DNA of 64,000 nt from an uncultured Hyphomicrobiales bacterium (GCA_903851305.1 CAINNX010000087.1:5169-69168); one strand, 5' to 3'; counted from the first letter of the stretch, positions 30,111 to 39,739 are shown. Translations and numbers: made by a program. The notes: generated from the letters alone by a model not told the origin.

Positions 30111-31459
30111 TCAACAAGCTCCACTTCTCGTTTCTCATCATTCGGCATGGCAGCCAGCGGCAATGGATCTGTATCACGCACATTAGCCCAAGGGGCCGGG
30201 CAACCGAGGCGTGCAGCTACTGCAATGCCTGACAACAAACCATCTTCATGGAAGCCATGTCCGGTCCAGGCACCCGCAAACCAAGTGCGGCGTGTTCCTT
30301 GAATGTCTTGCAAACGCTCGCGCGCCGCAAGGGCTGGGCCATCAAATTGTGGATGTTCATAGCTGAAGCGCGCAAAGGTCAGCTCAGGCTTGGGCTCAAA
30401 TGGCGGATTGAGCGTGACGAAAAGGGGCTTGGCCGGATCAATATCCTGCAGCAAATTCATCCAATAAGTGACAGCGCAGGCGCGGTCATCGCGTCCGCCC
30501 TCGCGCAGAAAGTTCCACGAAGCCCAGGCAGCACGGCGCTTGGGCATGAGCGCGGGGTCGCGATGCAGCCACACATCATTGGGCGCATAGCGGCAGGCTG
30601 ACAAAATGGCGCGCTCAGCTGGATCTGCATCGCTTAGACATTTCAGGGAATCTGGTGCGTGGGCTGCCATGACCACGTGATCGAATCTTTCAGTGCCGCC
30701 CTTGGCATCGGTGATGGTGACATGATCGTCTTCGCGTGTGATGGAGACAGCCGCGCAATTCAGACGCAGCTTGTCGCCAAAAATAGCAGCCAGTTTTTTT
30801 ACATATTCGCGGCTGCCGCCGGTTACCGTGCGCCAACGCGGACGATCCCACTGCAGCAGGCAATGATTGTCGAAAAACTCGATAAAACTGCGCGCCGGAA
30901 ACTTCAGCATTTCAATTGGGCTGGTCGACCAGATGGCAGCGCCCATCGGCACCAGATAGTCATCGCGCAGACGTTTTGAAAATCCGTGATGATCGAGATA
31001 ATTCTGCAATGTGCCATCGAGAATGGTAGCCGCACGCGCATCACCAATGGCCTGTTTCTGGAATCGGGGGATTTCCAGAAGGAGAGCGAGAAAGCTGGCT
31101 GAGAAAAAATTGCGGCGTTGAGCGAACAGGCCTCTGACCACGCCTTTGCCATCCCGTCCGCACCATTCAAATCGACCACGATCGGCTGAGACAGCAAAAC
31201 TCATATCCGACAATTGTGTCTTCACACCCAGATAGTCAAACATGGCGGTGAGGTTTGGATAGTTCTTCTCGTTATAGACGATAAAGCCTGTGTCCACCGC
31301 GATGGGTGTGCCGTCATAGTCAATATCGACAGTGGCCGTATGCCCGCCTGCGCGGGCTTCCTTTTCGTAGAGCACCACGTCATGGCCATTCGTGTGCTGC
31401 GAGAGTGCCAGCGCCGCACCATGTCCGGCGATCCCGGTGCCGACAATTGCGATTTTCAT
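30107..31459 (-). CDS. FAD-dependent oxidoreductase, amine-oxidase-like (UfaD-like desaturase)
   Basis: KIAIVGTGIAG, GGHTAT, VDTGFIVYN...YPN and GAWTGHGFHEDG motifs. Confidence 0.88.
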   Translation of the reverse strand: MKIAIVGTGIAGHGAALALSQHTNGHDVVLYEKEARAGGHTATVDIDYDGTPIAVDTGFIVYNEKNYPNLTAMFDYLGVKTQLSDMSFAVSADRGRFEWCGRDGKGVVRGLFAQRRNFFSASFLALLLEIPRFQKQAIGDARAATILDGTLQNYLDHHGFSKRLRDDYLVPMGAAIWSTSPIEMLKFPARSFIEFFDNHCLLQWDRPRWRTVTGGSREYVKKLAAIFGDKLRLNCAAVSITREDDHVTITDAKGGTERFDHVVMAAHAPDSLKCLSDADPAERAILSACRYAPNDVWLHRDPALMPKRRAAWASWNFLREGGRDDRACAVTYWMNLLQDIDPAKPLFVTLNPPFEPKPELTFARFSYEHPQFDGPALAARERLQDIQGTRRTWFAGAWTGHGFHEDGLLSGIAVAARLGCPAPWANVRDTDPLPLAAMPNDEKREVELVE

Positions 31460-31460
31460 A

Positions 31461-32933
31461 TCAGGCCATATCCGCTTTGGTTGTGGCGAGGGCCGCCAGC
31501 GCGCGGTCGCGCGCGCGGCCATGATCGACCATCGGCTTAGGGTAGGTCTGGCCCAGAACAATGCCAGCGCTTTTCAGCGCGGCGTCGGGCGCGGTCCAGG
31601 GTTCGTGAATCCATGTGTTGGGCAGTTTGGCGAGTTCTGGCAAATAAGTTCGCACATATTTGCCTTCGGGATCGAATTTTTGCGCCTGCAATGTTGGATT
31701 GAAAATGCGGAAATAGGGCGCCGCATCGGCGCCTGAGCCCGCCACCCATTGCCAGCTGGCTGTATTATTGGCCGGACAGGCATCGCACAATGTGTCCCAA
31801 TACCATTGTTCGCCTAGTCGCCAATCACCCAGCAGGTCTTTCACCAGAAATGAGGCCGCAATCATGCGCACGCGATTATGCATCGTGCCGGTTTGCCAGA
31901 GTTCGCGCATACCTGCGTCCACAATCGGATAACCGGTTTTGCCCTTTTGCCAGGCGGCGACTTCAGTTGCGTCAAGGTCACGCCAAGGAAAGGCATCAAA
32001 CTTCTTTTGGAAGTTGCGGGTCTGCAAATCGGGGAAATGAAAAAGCAGATGATAGGCAAATTCCCGCCAGCCTATTTCGGCCAGAAATTTGTCAGCATCT
32101 TGCGCGGGCACATGCCCGGATGCTTGCGCGTGGCGGGTGGCATGCCAGACCTGACGTGGCGAGATTTCACCAAAGCGCAAATGCGGCGACAATTTGGAAG
32201 TGCCCGACATATCTGGGCGATCACGCAGGCTTGCATAATTTTTGGCGTGCATGTCAAGAAAGGTAGCCAGACGCGCTTGCGCGCCTTTTTCACCCGGCGA
32301 CCAGGTCTTGCGCAGGCCTGCGGCCCAATCTGGCTTGGTTGGCAGCAGACCCAATTTGTCCAGTGCGACACGCTTGGGGCCTATGGTCGGCCATTCAGCA
32401 CTGTTTAACTTGCCGGGCTTGGGCAAAGGCCCCGAAGGTGCGCCAAGCGCCTGGGCGGCCCGCCAGAAGGGTGTGAAGACTTTGAAAAACTCGCCGGTCT
32501 TGGTCTGCACATCCCAAGGCTCATGCAATAGCTGGCCATTGAAGCTTTTCACGGCAAGGCCTTCATCTGTCAGCGAGGCTTTGATGTCACGATCGACCGC
32601 AATTTCCGCGGCGCCATAACGGCGCGTCCAATAGATCGCAGACGCGTTGCTGGCCTTTGCAAGTGACCCGATGATGGGTGCTGCAGCGCCGCTCAAAATA
32701 TCAAGTCGGGCGCCCGCCTTTTCGAGATCGGCCGAGAGGGCTGCCAGTGAATGATGTAGCCACCAGCGCGAGGCACCTCCCAGTGCGCGCAGCCCCGGGC
32801 TGTCTTCATCCAGAATGTAGAGGCAGATCAGAGGCGCACCGCTTTCGCGGGCTGCCTGCAGGGCGGGTTGGTCGGATAGGCGCAGATCGTCACGAAACCA
32901 GACGATGGAGGGGCGGGATATTGTTGGCGGCAT
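31461..32933 (-). CDS. phr: Deoxyribodipyrimidine photolyase (class I CPD)
   Basis: WFRDDLRLSD, SKLSPHLRFGEISP, TGYPIVDAGMRELW, MHNRVRM and DAAPYFRIFNP motifs. Confidence 0.93.
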   Translation of the reverse strand: MPPTISRPSIVWFRDDLRLSDQPALQAARESGAPLICLYILDEDSPGLRALGGASRWWLHHSLAALSADLEKAGARLDILSGAAAPIIGSLAKASNASAIYWTRRYGAAEIAVDRDIKASLTDEGLAVKSFNGQLLHEPWDVQTKTGEFFKVFTPFWRAAQALGAPSGPLPKPGKLNSAEWPTIGPKRVALDKLGLLPTKPDWAAGLRKTWSPGEKGAQARLATFLDMHAKNYASLRDRPDMSGTSKLSPHLRFGEISPRQVWHATRHAQASGHVPAQDADKFLAEIGWREFAYHLLFHFPDLQTRNFQKKFDAFPWRDLDATEVAAWQKGKTGYPIVDAGMRELWQTGTMHNRVRMIAASFLVKDLLGDWRLGEQWYWDTLCDACPANNTASWQWVAGSGADAAPYFRIFNPTLQAQKFDPEGKYVRTYLPELAKLPNTWIHEPWTAPDAALKSAGIVLGQTYPKPMVDHGRARDRALAALATTKADMA

Positions 32934-32964
32934 TCTGGAAATCGGTCCTTGCTCGGCCTGAGAG

Positions 32965-32991
32965 CTACGTTGGGGAAGCGCCAATGGATTG
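32965..32991 (-). promoter_or_regulatory. Candidate sigmaE (ECF11-type) promoter of the photolyase operon
   Basis: Minus strand CAATCC-N16-CGTAG, about 32 bp upstream of ATG 32933. Same spacing as the chrR motif. Confidence 0.5.
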
Positions 32992-33068
32992 AAGCCGCTT
33001 ATAGATCGGGCTTCGCTGGGCTAGGGTCAAGCACAAGCCCGCTCACATTTACGGAAATGGTAAGATTT

Positions 33069-33142
33069 TGGAGGCCTCGCCCGGAATCGAACCGGGGTGC
33101 AAGGATTTGCAGTCCTCTGCGTAGCCACTCCGCCACGAGGCC
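33069..33142 (-). tRNA. tRNA-Cys(GCA)
   Basis: GGCCTCGTGGCGGAGTGG...GACTGCAAATC...GGTTCGATTCC...GAGGCCTCCA; 74 nt with encoded CCA. Confidence 0.97.
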
Positions 33143-33338
33143 TCTGATCACCGCTGCAGGGAGTGCCGCAGGGCGTGGGCCGCGTCTTAGCAAGGGCAGG
33201 GGGCATGGGCAAGGCGAATGCCTTGGCAGAGCCAAAAATAATGCCTTGAACGTCATAAAGTCGCCCAAGCCCTGCTTTTTGCCCTTTGCAATCAGAGCTT
33301 GCCTTGCTATATGCCGCTTCGTCGCAACGCGGCAATGG

Positions 33339-33414
33339 TCCCCGATAGCTCAGTTGGTAGAGCATTCGACTGTTAATCGAATTGTCGCAGGTTCGAGCCC
33401 TGCTCGGGGAGCCA
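33339..33414 (+). tRNA. tRNA-Asn(GTT)
   Basis: TCCCCGATAGCTCAGTTGGTAGAGC...CTGTTAA...GGTTCGAGCCC...GGGGAGCCA; 76 nt with encoded CCA. Confidence 0.97.
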
Positions 33415-33483
33415 CTCTTTTCACGTCTGTTTGAACGTTGGTCAGGCTCTCTTTTGTGCCTTTTTCTTTGCGTTCCGGCCAGA

Positions 33484-35529
33484 TTACGCGGCCTGCGTGT
33501 TCGATGACAGTGGTGTGACTACCCCGGACTCGCTTTGTTCTTCGACCGTCTCGAGAGGCGCGCAGAGGCGCCAGATGACGCCTTCGGCTTCAAACATATA
33601 GTCGACATCCCCGCAGAGTGAACGGGCGGTCATTTCAGCGATGACGATGTGGCCAAAGCCCCGGTGACGGGGTGCTTGGACGGTCGGTCCGTCATGTTCT
33701 CGCCATTCCATTTGCAAAACAGGCACACCATCTTTCTCGCGAACGTCCCAAGCCACCAGAATGCGTCCGTTCTGTGTGGAAAGTGCGCAATATTTCACGG
33801 CATTGGTCATGAGCTCATAAAGCCCCATGCCGATAGCTTGGGCTGCCCGGGGAGAAAGCTGAAGCGGCGGTCCCGTGGCGACAATCTGCCCTCCGGCCAG
33901 ATCTTGGAACTGGCTGAATTGCGAGTGAATGAGATCGGACAAGGAGGCGCCTGCCCAATTGCTTTCCACCAGCACGTCATGGGCTGAGGCAAGGGCTGTG
34001 AGGCGGTCATTGAACCGGCCTTTGAAATCATCAAGGTCCTTTCCGGTGCGGGCAATCTGGCCGGCAATGGAGCGGATGACGGTCAGTAGATTTTTGGTGC
34101 GGTGATTAAGCTCGCGCATGACGAAGATTTGCTGGGCCTCACGCTCGCGCCGCTCTGTCAGATCCAGCACAAAGCAGGTCCATGTGAAGGGATTGGTTTC
34201 ATAGAGCGTGGCGCCGATCAGGACAGGCACGCTGCGTGATTCACCAATCCAGATTTCGGCCTCCATTGGCGGACAGGTGCCTTGTTTGCGCAACAAATTG
34301 GTGACGCGTCGATCCTTGATCAATTCGATGCCGTCTTTGCCAACCCAATGAAAGCCGCGCGTGCGGAACTCACTGCGTGTTATGCCTACAAGGTCAAGAA
34401 AGGCGTCATTGGCTTCAACAATACCTGTTTCATTACATGTGATCACGCCAAAGACATTGGCATCCATCAGCCGCTTCATCCGCAGATTGGCTTTCGATAG
34501 CGCCGCATGTTCGGTTGCCTCCACAGCCAGGCGCGCATAGGCGCGCTGTTCGCGCTGTGTGGCAATGGCGGTGCGCCAAATGAACAGGCTTACAAAGGCC
34601 ATGGCTGACAAACATAGCAATGCATAGGGCAATACGCGCCAGATCCAGACGGAAAGCAGTCCCGACAATGGTTGCCGCAAAATCAGAAAGACCGGATAGT
34701 CACCAATCCGGCGGACAATATAGACAAGCGGCGGGCGCCATTTAACGCCACTGACGCGCAAGGTTGCATTTTGTCCTTCTGCCAGTTTCAGAATACGGGC
34801 CGGCTCATTTTCATCTTCACTGGCTTCATTGTTGATGCGTGTGCGGGCTAAAATGCCCCCATCCTCGCGCACGAGCGCAATGAGATCACCGGCATCTCGG
34901 CGCAGGGGCTCATAAAAACTTTCAAAAAAATCAGTCTCGAAAATGGAGACGATCAACCCATCTTCAGCGCCCCGCAGGGGCAGGCGGCGGGCCAGTGTAA
35001 AGCTGGAGCGCCCCAGCACATCGGGTGCTGAAGGCAGGCTCACAGCTAGGCGGCGGTTCTGGTCATAGAGGGCTTTGAAAAAAGTGGGGTCAGAGAGCTG
35101 TTTGGTGTCAAAGGTCGGGCTGTGGCTGGCAATTGTGATGCGCCCGGGCGATTGCAGTAGTGCTAGTCCCGCCACAGCGGGAGACGCATGACGCATCGCG
35201 GCTACAAAAGAAGCCAGATCTTCGCGCTGGGTCCTCAAGCCATCGGGGCTGGCTCCTTTCATGCGCTGGTCGAGCGCCATGATCATGGCTTCATGGGTCT
35301 CGAAACTGCGCAATGCATGTTCATGCAAAAGCGAGGTGACCCGTTCCATTGTGACCATTGCTTCTTCATCAGTCGAGAACCAGGCATTGCTCGCACCCAA
35401 CACGAAAAAGCCGAGTGGAACAAAAATGGCAAAAGCAACAAGTACAAGAAAGCGTGCCGTGCGTGGTGGAGGCACCACGGCATCATTTAATCCTTGATCA
35501 GAAATCAATTCAGGGGAGCGATGGATCAA
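33484..35529 (-). CDS. Membrane-bound HWE-family sensor histidine kinase (periplasmic Cache-like domain + PAS)
   Basis: Two TM segments and a PAS region. ELNHRTKNLL H-box, RLTALASAH, ELMTNAVKY, WRE and GFG motifs. Confidence 0.88.
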   Translation of the reverse strand: MIHRSPELISDQGLNDAVVPPPRTARFLVLVAFAIFVPLGFFVLGASNAWFSTDEEAMVTMERVTSLLHEHALRSFETHEAMIMALDQRMKGASPDGLRTQREDLASFVAAMRHASPAVAGLALLQSPGRITIASHSPTFDTKQLSDPTFFKALYDQNRRLAVSLPSAPDVLGRSSFTLARRLPLRGAEDGLIVSIFETDFFESFYEPLRRDAGDLIALVREDGGILARTRINNEASEDENEPARILKLAEGQNATLRVSGVKWRPPLVYIVRRIGDYPVFLILRQPLSGLLSVWIWRVLPYALLCLSAMAFVSLFIWRTAIATQREQRAYARLAVEATEHAALSKANLRMKRLMDANVFGVITCNETGIVEANDAFLDLVGITRSEFRTRGFHWVGKDGIELIKDRRVTNLLRKQGTCPPMEAEIWIGESRSVPVLIGATLYETNPFTWTCFVLDLTERREREAQQIFVMRELNHRTKNLLTVIRSIAGQIARTGKDLDDFKGRFNDRLTALASAHDVLVESNWAGASLSDLIHSQFSQFQDLAGGQIVATGPPLQLSPRAAQAIGMGLYELMTNAVKYCALSTQNGRILVAWDVREKDGVPVLQMEWREHDGPTVQAPRHRGFGHIVIAEMTARSLCGDVDYMFEAEGVIWRLCAPLETVEEQSESGVVTPLSSNTQAA

Positions 35530-36040
35530 AAATAAACTCCTGAGCGCTTCAAAAAAACGCGCACATGAGACTTATGTTCCTCTCAAATCATCGAAGGTCA
35601 AGAAAAGCTCTGAAAAAAGAGCGCTGAATGGTTGATGTGATTGGCGTGTGAAATTGAATTTTGGAAAAAGAAAAGGTGATTATTCAATTTGCTCAGAAAG
35701 ATGTTTCTTATTTGCCGTGTAGTTGCCAGCAGATCCTCTCCAAAGACAAGAATTGGATCACCATTGCCATTTTCTTTTGCCCTACCTCTTTGAAACAAAA
35801 CGCGCATTTTAACCATCACACCCGACATGCCGTAACGGTAATAATAATTAAAAATATGCAACTTTTGGTTGTGTGTCTTGTTTTTGCGTCACTTATTCAA
35901 CCAATCAATGTAAGCACCACGTTTATTTCAATTGTTCAGTTGGTGTTAGGGTAAAGAAGCATGTCTCAATTTCGCACACTTGTTTCAACCGCTGTCAAAA
36001 GTCATGCCGCATTCTTGCCATTCTGCAATGGGGACGCGGA

Positions 36041-36664
36041 ATGGCTATTTCTTTCCAACAGTTACGCTTTGGCTTTGCAATTTTTACAGCGTTGCTGTGC
36101 TTGTCAGTGCCGCGTGTTGTCGCGGCTGAAAAGACAGCATATCTCGAGCCCGGTGCGAGCGTGTTGATGCCAATGGGTTGGGCTGGTTTTTGTTCACGCT
36201 ATCCAGGTGAATGTCGACAGACAGATAAAAAACCAATCGTTGAAATTGCGGCGACGGCGGCCACAATTGAACTCGTTCAAAGCATGAATAAAATTGTCAA
36301 TGAGACAATTAAGTCTATGACAGATTACGATCATTGGCATGAAATTGACCGTTGGGATTATGCCGAAGATGGCTATGGAGACTACGAAGATTATGTTTTG
36401 GTCAAGCGTCGAGCCTTGATGGCACTCGGGCTGCCGTCATCGGCTTTGCTCGTTACGATTGTGCGCGATGAACATCTTGACGGCCATGCGGTGTTGACTG
36501 TGCGCACGGATCGCGGCGACCTCATTCTCGACAATGTTTTCCCTGATGTGAAGCTCTGGTTCCGCACCCCCTATCGCTTTATGAAAATCCAATCGGCATA
36601 TGACCCTAATGTCTGGCTCGGCATTGGCGCTTCCGCTGCGCGTCCACAACTGGTGTCGCGCTGA
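36041..36664 (+). CDS. Transglutaminase-like cysteine peptidase (BTLCP/LapG family) with catalytic Cys replaced by Tyr
   Basis: Signal peptide, PMGWAGFC..YPGEC, GDYEDYVLVKR (canonical GDCEDY), GHAVLTVRTDRGDLILDN. Confidence 0.85.
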   Translation: MAISFQQLRFGFAIFTALLCLSVPRVVAAEKTAYLEPGASVLMPMGWAGFCSRYPGECRQTDKKPIVEIAATAATIELVQSMNKIVNETIKSMTDYDHWHEIDRWDYAEDGYGDYEDYVLVKRRALMALGLPSSALLVTIVRDEHLDGHAVLTVRTDRGDLILDNVFPDVKLWFRTPYRFMKIQSAYDPNVWLGIGASAARPQLVSR

Positions 36665-36735
36665 CCAAACGTAAGTTCAGCTTGCTAGAGCTGTGAGCGG
36701 CTCGTTTGATGGATCTCTTTGTTGAGGGGTCACTC

Positions 36736-37185
36736 ATGTTTCGTTTGTTGATTTTAAGTTCTACAATCATTTGCTCAGCGGCGCTGGCTTACGCGCAGGA
36801 TTCCGCCATGAAGGTCTGCGGGGAGAAATGGCAATCAGCAAAGGCTGCGGGCACGACCGCTGGCAATAACTGGCCCAAGTTTTTGGCCGAATGCCGGTCG
36901 GGGTTGAGCGCTGCGCCTGCCGCCAAGCCGGACGTGAAGCCGGCGTCTGTTCCCGCCAAAACACCAAGCCAGCCAATATTACCCTCCGATCCGAAGGGTT
37001 CGCCTGTCTTGCCTGCTGCAGTGGATGCCAAATTTGCCAGTCTTCGCCCGGCACAGGCCCGTCAAAAGACCTGTAGCGAGCAGTTTCAGGCCAACAAGGC
37101 CAGTGATGCCAATGCAGGTTTGCGCTGGATCCAAAAGGGGGGTGGCTATTGGAGCCTGTGCAACAAGAAGCTGAAGGGCGCCTGA
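36736..37185 (+). CDS. Secreted hypothetical protein with two Cys-paired repeats and a Pro/Ala linker
   Basis: Signal peptide, then CGEKWQSAK...WPKFLAEC and CSEQFQANK...YWSLC. Confidence 0.7.
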   Translation: MFRLLILSSTIICSAALAYAQDSAMKVCGEKWQSAKAAGTTAGNNWPKFLAECRSGLSAAPAAKPDVKPASVPAKTPSQPILPSDPKGSPVLPAAVDAKFASLRPAQARQKTCSEQFQANKASDANAGLRWIQKGGGYWSLCNKKLKGA

Positions 37186-37279
37186 TCCACCATTCCTTTG
37201 GCCAGCCCCAGTCTGGCGCATGGACAGGGCAGGACGCTCATCTTATAAGCGGCGCGCATTCTAGCTTGTCGGAGCAAAC

Positions 37280-37957
37280 ATGAGCATCGCCGCCGAAGCC
37301 GATTTCGCCGCCCAGCGTCAGACGATGGTGGATTGCCAGATTCGCACCTTCGATGTGACGGATCCGGCGGTGATCGACCGTTTCCTTGTAGTGCCGCGTG
37401 AGCGCTTTGTGCCAAATCATCTGCAGGCTTTAGCCTATTCCGATGCTATGCTGGAAATCCGCGCAGCGCAGGAAACGCGTGTCCTTTTGGCGCCACTTGT
37501 TTTGGCCCGCATGATGCAGGGCGCTAGTCTGGTCGCCACTGACCGCGTGCTCGATGTTGCCGGTGCGGCGGGTTATTCTGCGGCACTATTGGCTGGTCTG
37601 GCGCAGGATGTTGTTTCTCTGGAATCAGATACCGCACTTTCTGCTCAAGCGGCTGGTAACTTTGCAGCGGCCGGACTTGCCAATGCGCATGCTGTAGCAG
37701 GGGCTCTGGATGGATCCAGCATCACTGGTCTTTTTGACATGATATTCGTCAATGGCGCTGTCGAGGACGGCCTTGATGCCTTGCTCTCAAAACTTGCATC
37801 TGGTGGTCGTCTGATCGCTATCCAGATGATTGCAGGGCATGCTGGTAAAGTAACACGGTTTGAGAAGGTCGGTGGTGAGACAAGCCGCCGTGTCCTGTTC
37901 AATGCCGCGGCTCCGGTGTTGAGTGCTTTTGCGGCTCGCAAGTCTTTTGTCTTTTAG
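37280..37957 (+). CDS. pcm: Protein-L-isoaspartate O-methyltransferase family protein
   Basis: RQTMVDCQIRT...VPRERFVP and a SAM-binding region VLDVAGAAGYSAA. Sits in the pcm-tolC-popZ-valS synteny. Confidence 0.88.
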   Translation: MSIAAEADFAAQRQTMVDCQIRTFDVTDPAVIDRFLVVPRERFVPNHLQALAYSDAMLEIRAAQETRVLLAPLVLARMMQGASLVATDRVLDVAGAAGYSAALLAGLAQDVVSLESDTALSAQAAGNFAAAGLANAHAVAGALDGSSITGLFDMIFVNGAVEDGLDALLSKLASGGRLIAIQMIAGHAGKVTRFEKVGGETSRRVLFNAAAPVLSAFAARKSFVF

Positions 37958-38140
37958 TCGCATCTGTATCTTTTTTTGAAACATTTATTGCTTATTTCAT
38001 TGCGCTTGTGTTTGCAGAATTATTTTTCAGGCGAAACCGCCCCCCTTTCTGAACCCATTATTACAAGCCGAGCCTCCAGCTGTTGTGAATTCAGTAACCG
38101 GTAAGGTTAATAGTTCGGTTCAGTAAGTACTGATTCGAGG

Positions 38141-39586
38141 ATGCAGATGGTTCGTCGTGACATGATTGTTGCAGGTGCTGGCAAGAGTCGCGCTTGTGTG
38201 TCTGAGCGCATAATGGCGCTTGCGGCATTGACAGCTTGCGCGATGTTCATCGCCGCTCCGGCTTCTGCCGAGACCATCTCCAACGCTCTGGCGCGTGCTT
38301 ACGTTTACAATCCTGATCTGAACCAGCAGCGTGCCTCGGGTCGTTCGACCGATGAAAACATGCCCTCTGCCTTGTCGGGCTATCGTCCGACCATCACAGC
38401 CACCAGCGATATTGGCCGTGCTTGGCAGGAGACGCATTCGGGTGCTGCGGCCAAGACGCTGGGTGATGCACGCGCTTCGACCACTCCGCGCGGTGCGGGC
38501 CTGACGGTGACGCAGAATTTGTGGAACGGCAACCGCACCATGAATGGTGTGAGCCGCGCTGAAGCGCAGATTTTTTCAGCCCGCGAGCAGATCCGCCTGA
38601 CGGAGCAAAATGTTCTCGCCAACGCGGCCACGTCCTACATGAACGTGCTGCGCGATACGGCCATTCTCAATCTTCGCCGCAACAACGTCGAAGTGCTTGA
38701 GCAGCAATTGCGCCAGACGCGTGATCTCTTCCAGGTCGGTGAAGTGACCCGCACAGACGTGGCGCAGTCAGAAGCTTCACTGGCACAGGGCCAGGCGGAT
38801 GCGTTCACCGCACAATCCAATTTGCAGACCAGCATTGCCAATTATCGCAATGTGATTGGTGACGAGCCCAAGAATTTGCAGGCCGCACGCCCGCTGGACA
38901 AGCTGATCCCGCCGTCTTTGCAGGCCGCTATCGGCATGTCTGAAATGGAGCATCCCGCTTTGCAGGCCGCTCGTTTCACGGCAGAGGCTGCCAAGATCAA
39001 CGTGCGCGTGATTGAAGGTCAGCTTTATCCGACCATTGGTCTCACGGGTTCGCTGGCGCGCCGCAATGATGCGATTGCCTCACCGGGCGTGAATTCCACG
39101 CAGGCGTCCATCGTCGGCTCCTTGTCGGTGCCGATCTATGAAGGTGGCGCAACTTATGCCGCCGTGCGTCAGGCCAAGGAATTGTTTTCTCAGTCGCAAT
39201 TGCAGGCGGATCTGCAGCGCGAAACCATTCGCGCAACGGTCGTCTCGACTTGGGGTGTCTGGGCCAATTCGTCGGCTGTGATTCAGGCCGCTCAGGCGCA
39301 GGTGCGCGCGGCTGAAATCGCGCTCAATGGTGTTCGGGAAGAAGCCAAGGTCGGCCAGCGCACAACGCTTGATGTCTTGAACGCCCAGCAGGTCCTGCTC
39401 AATGCCCGCGTGCTCCTGGTGACTGCGCAGCGCGACCGCGTTGTGGGCTCCTATTCCGTGGTGGCCTCGACGGGTCGCCTGTCGGCCAGCACGTTGGGCC
39501 TCGAAGTGACCACCTATGACCCGACCATTCACTACGAACAAGTCAAGGGTAAATGGATCGGCACGGGCACGCCTGACGGTCGCTGA
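38141..39586 (+). CDS. tolC: TolC-family outer membrane protein
   Basis: Signal peptide, ETISNALARAY..NPDL, GEVTRTDVAQ and GQRTTLDVLNAQQ motifs. Confidence 0.9.
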   Translation: MQMVRRDMIVAGAGKSRACVSERIMALAALTACAMFIAAPASAETISNALARAYVYNPDLNQQRASGRSTDENMPSALSGYRPTITATSDIGRAWQETHSGAAAKTLGDARASTTPRGAGLTVTQNLWNGNRTMNGVSRAEAQIFSAREQIRLTEQNVLANAATSYMNVLRDTAILNLRRNNVEVLEQQLRQTRDLFQVGEVTRTDVAQSEASLAQGQADAFTAQSNLQTSIANYRNVIGDEPKNLQAARPLDKLIPPSLQAAIGMSEMEHPALQAARFTAEAAKINVRVIEGQLYPTIGLTGSLARRNDAIASPGVNSTQASIVGSLSVPIYEGGATYAAVRQAKELFSQSQLQADLQRETIRATVVSTWGVWANSSAVIQAAQAQVRAAEIALNGVREEAKVGQRTTLDVLNAQQVLLNARVLLVTAQRDRVVGSYSVVASTGRLSASTLGLEVTTYDPTIHYEQVKGKWIGTGTPDGR

Positions 39587-39739
39587 CCTGCCTTAAAGGC
39601 AGCGCCTGTCCACAGCCGGTTTTTTCAGTGTCTTGCTCTGTTGGATCCACGCGTTCAAAGTACGGCTCAGGGCGGCTTGGCCTTTTTGTCTGGCCTGTCG
39701 CCCGCAATGTGAACGCGTATCTGAAAGAGCACCGGCGTC

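Noticed and set aside
35497-35515. FNR-like sequence TTGATCAGAAATCAA
   Set aside because: The spacer is one base too long and the site lies inside the kinase coding region.
35598-35954. ORFs 35598-35861 (-) and 35661-35954 (+)
   Set aside because: They start at weak codons in AT-rich DNA with no RBS or recognisable domain, so are likely spurious.
33339-37200. Genomic island integrated at tRNA-Asn or tRNA-Cys
   Set aside because: No integrase and no duplicated tRNA 3' end (att site) found by eye. The flanking genes are ordinary chromosomal families.
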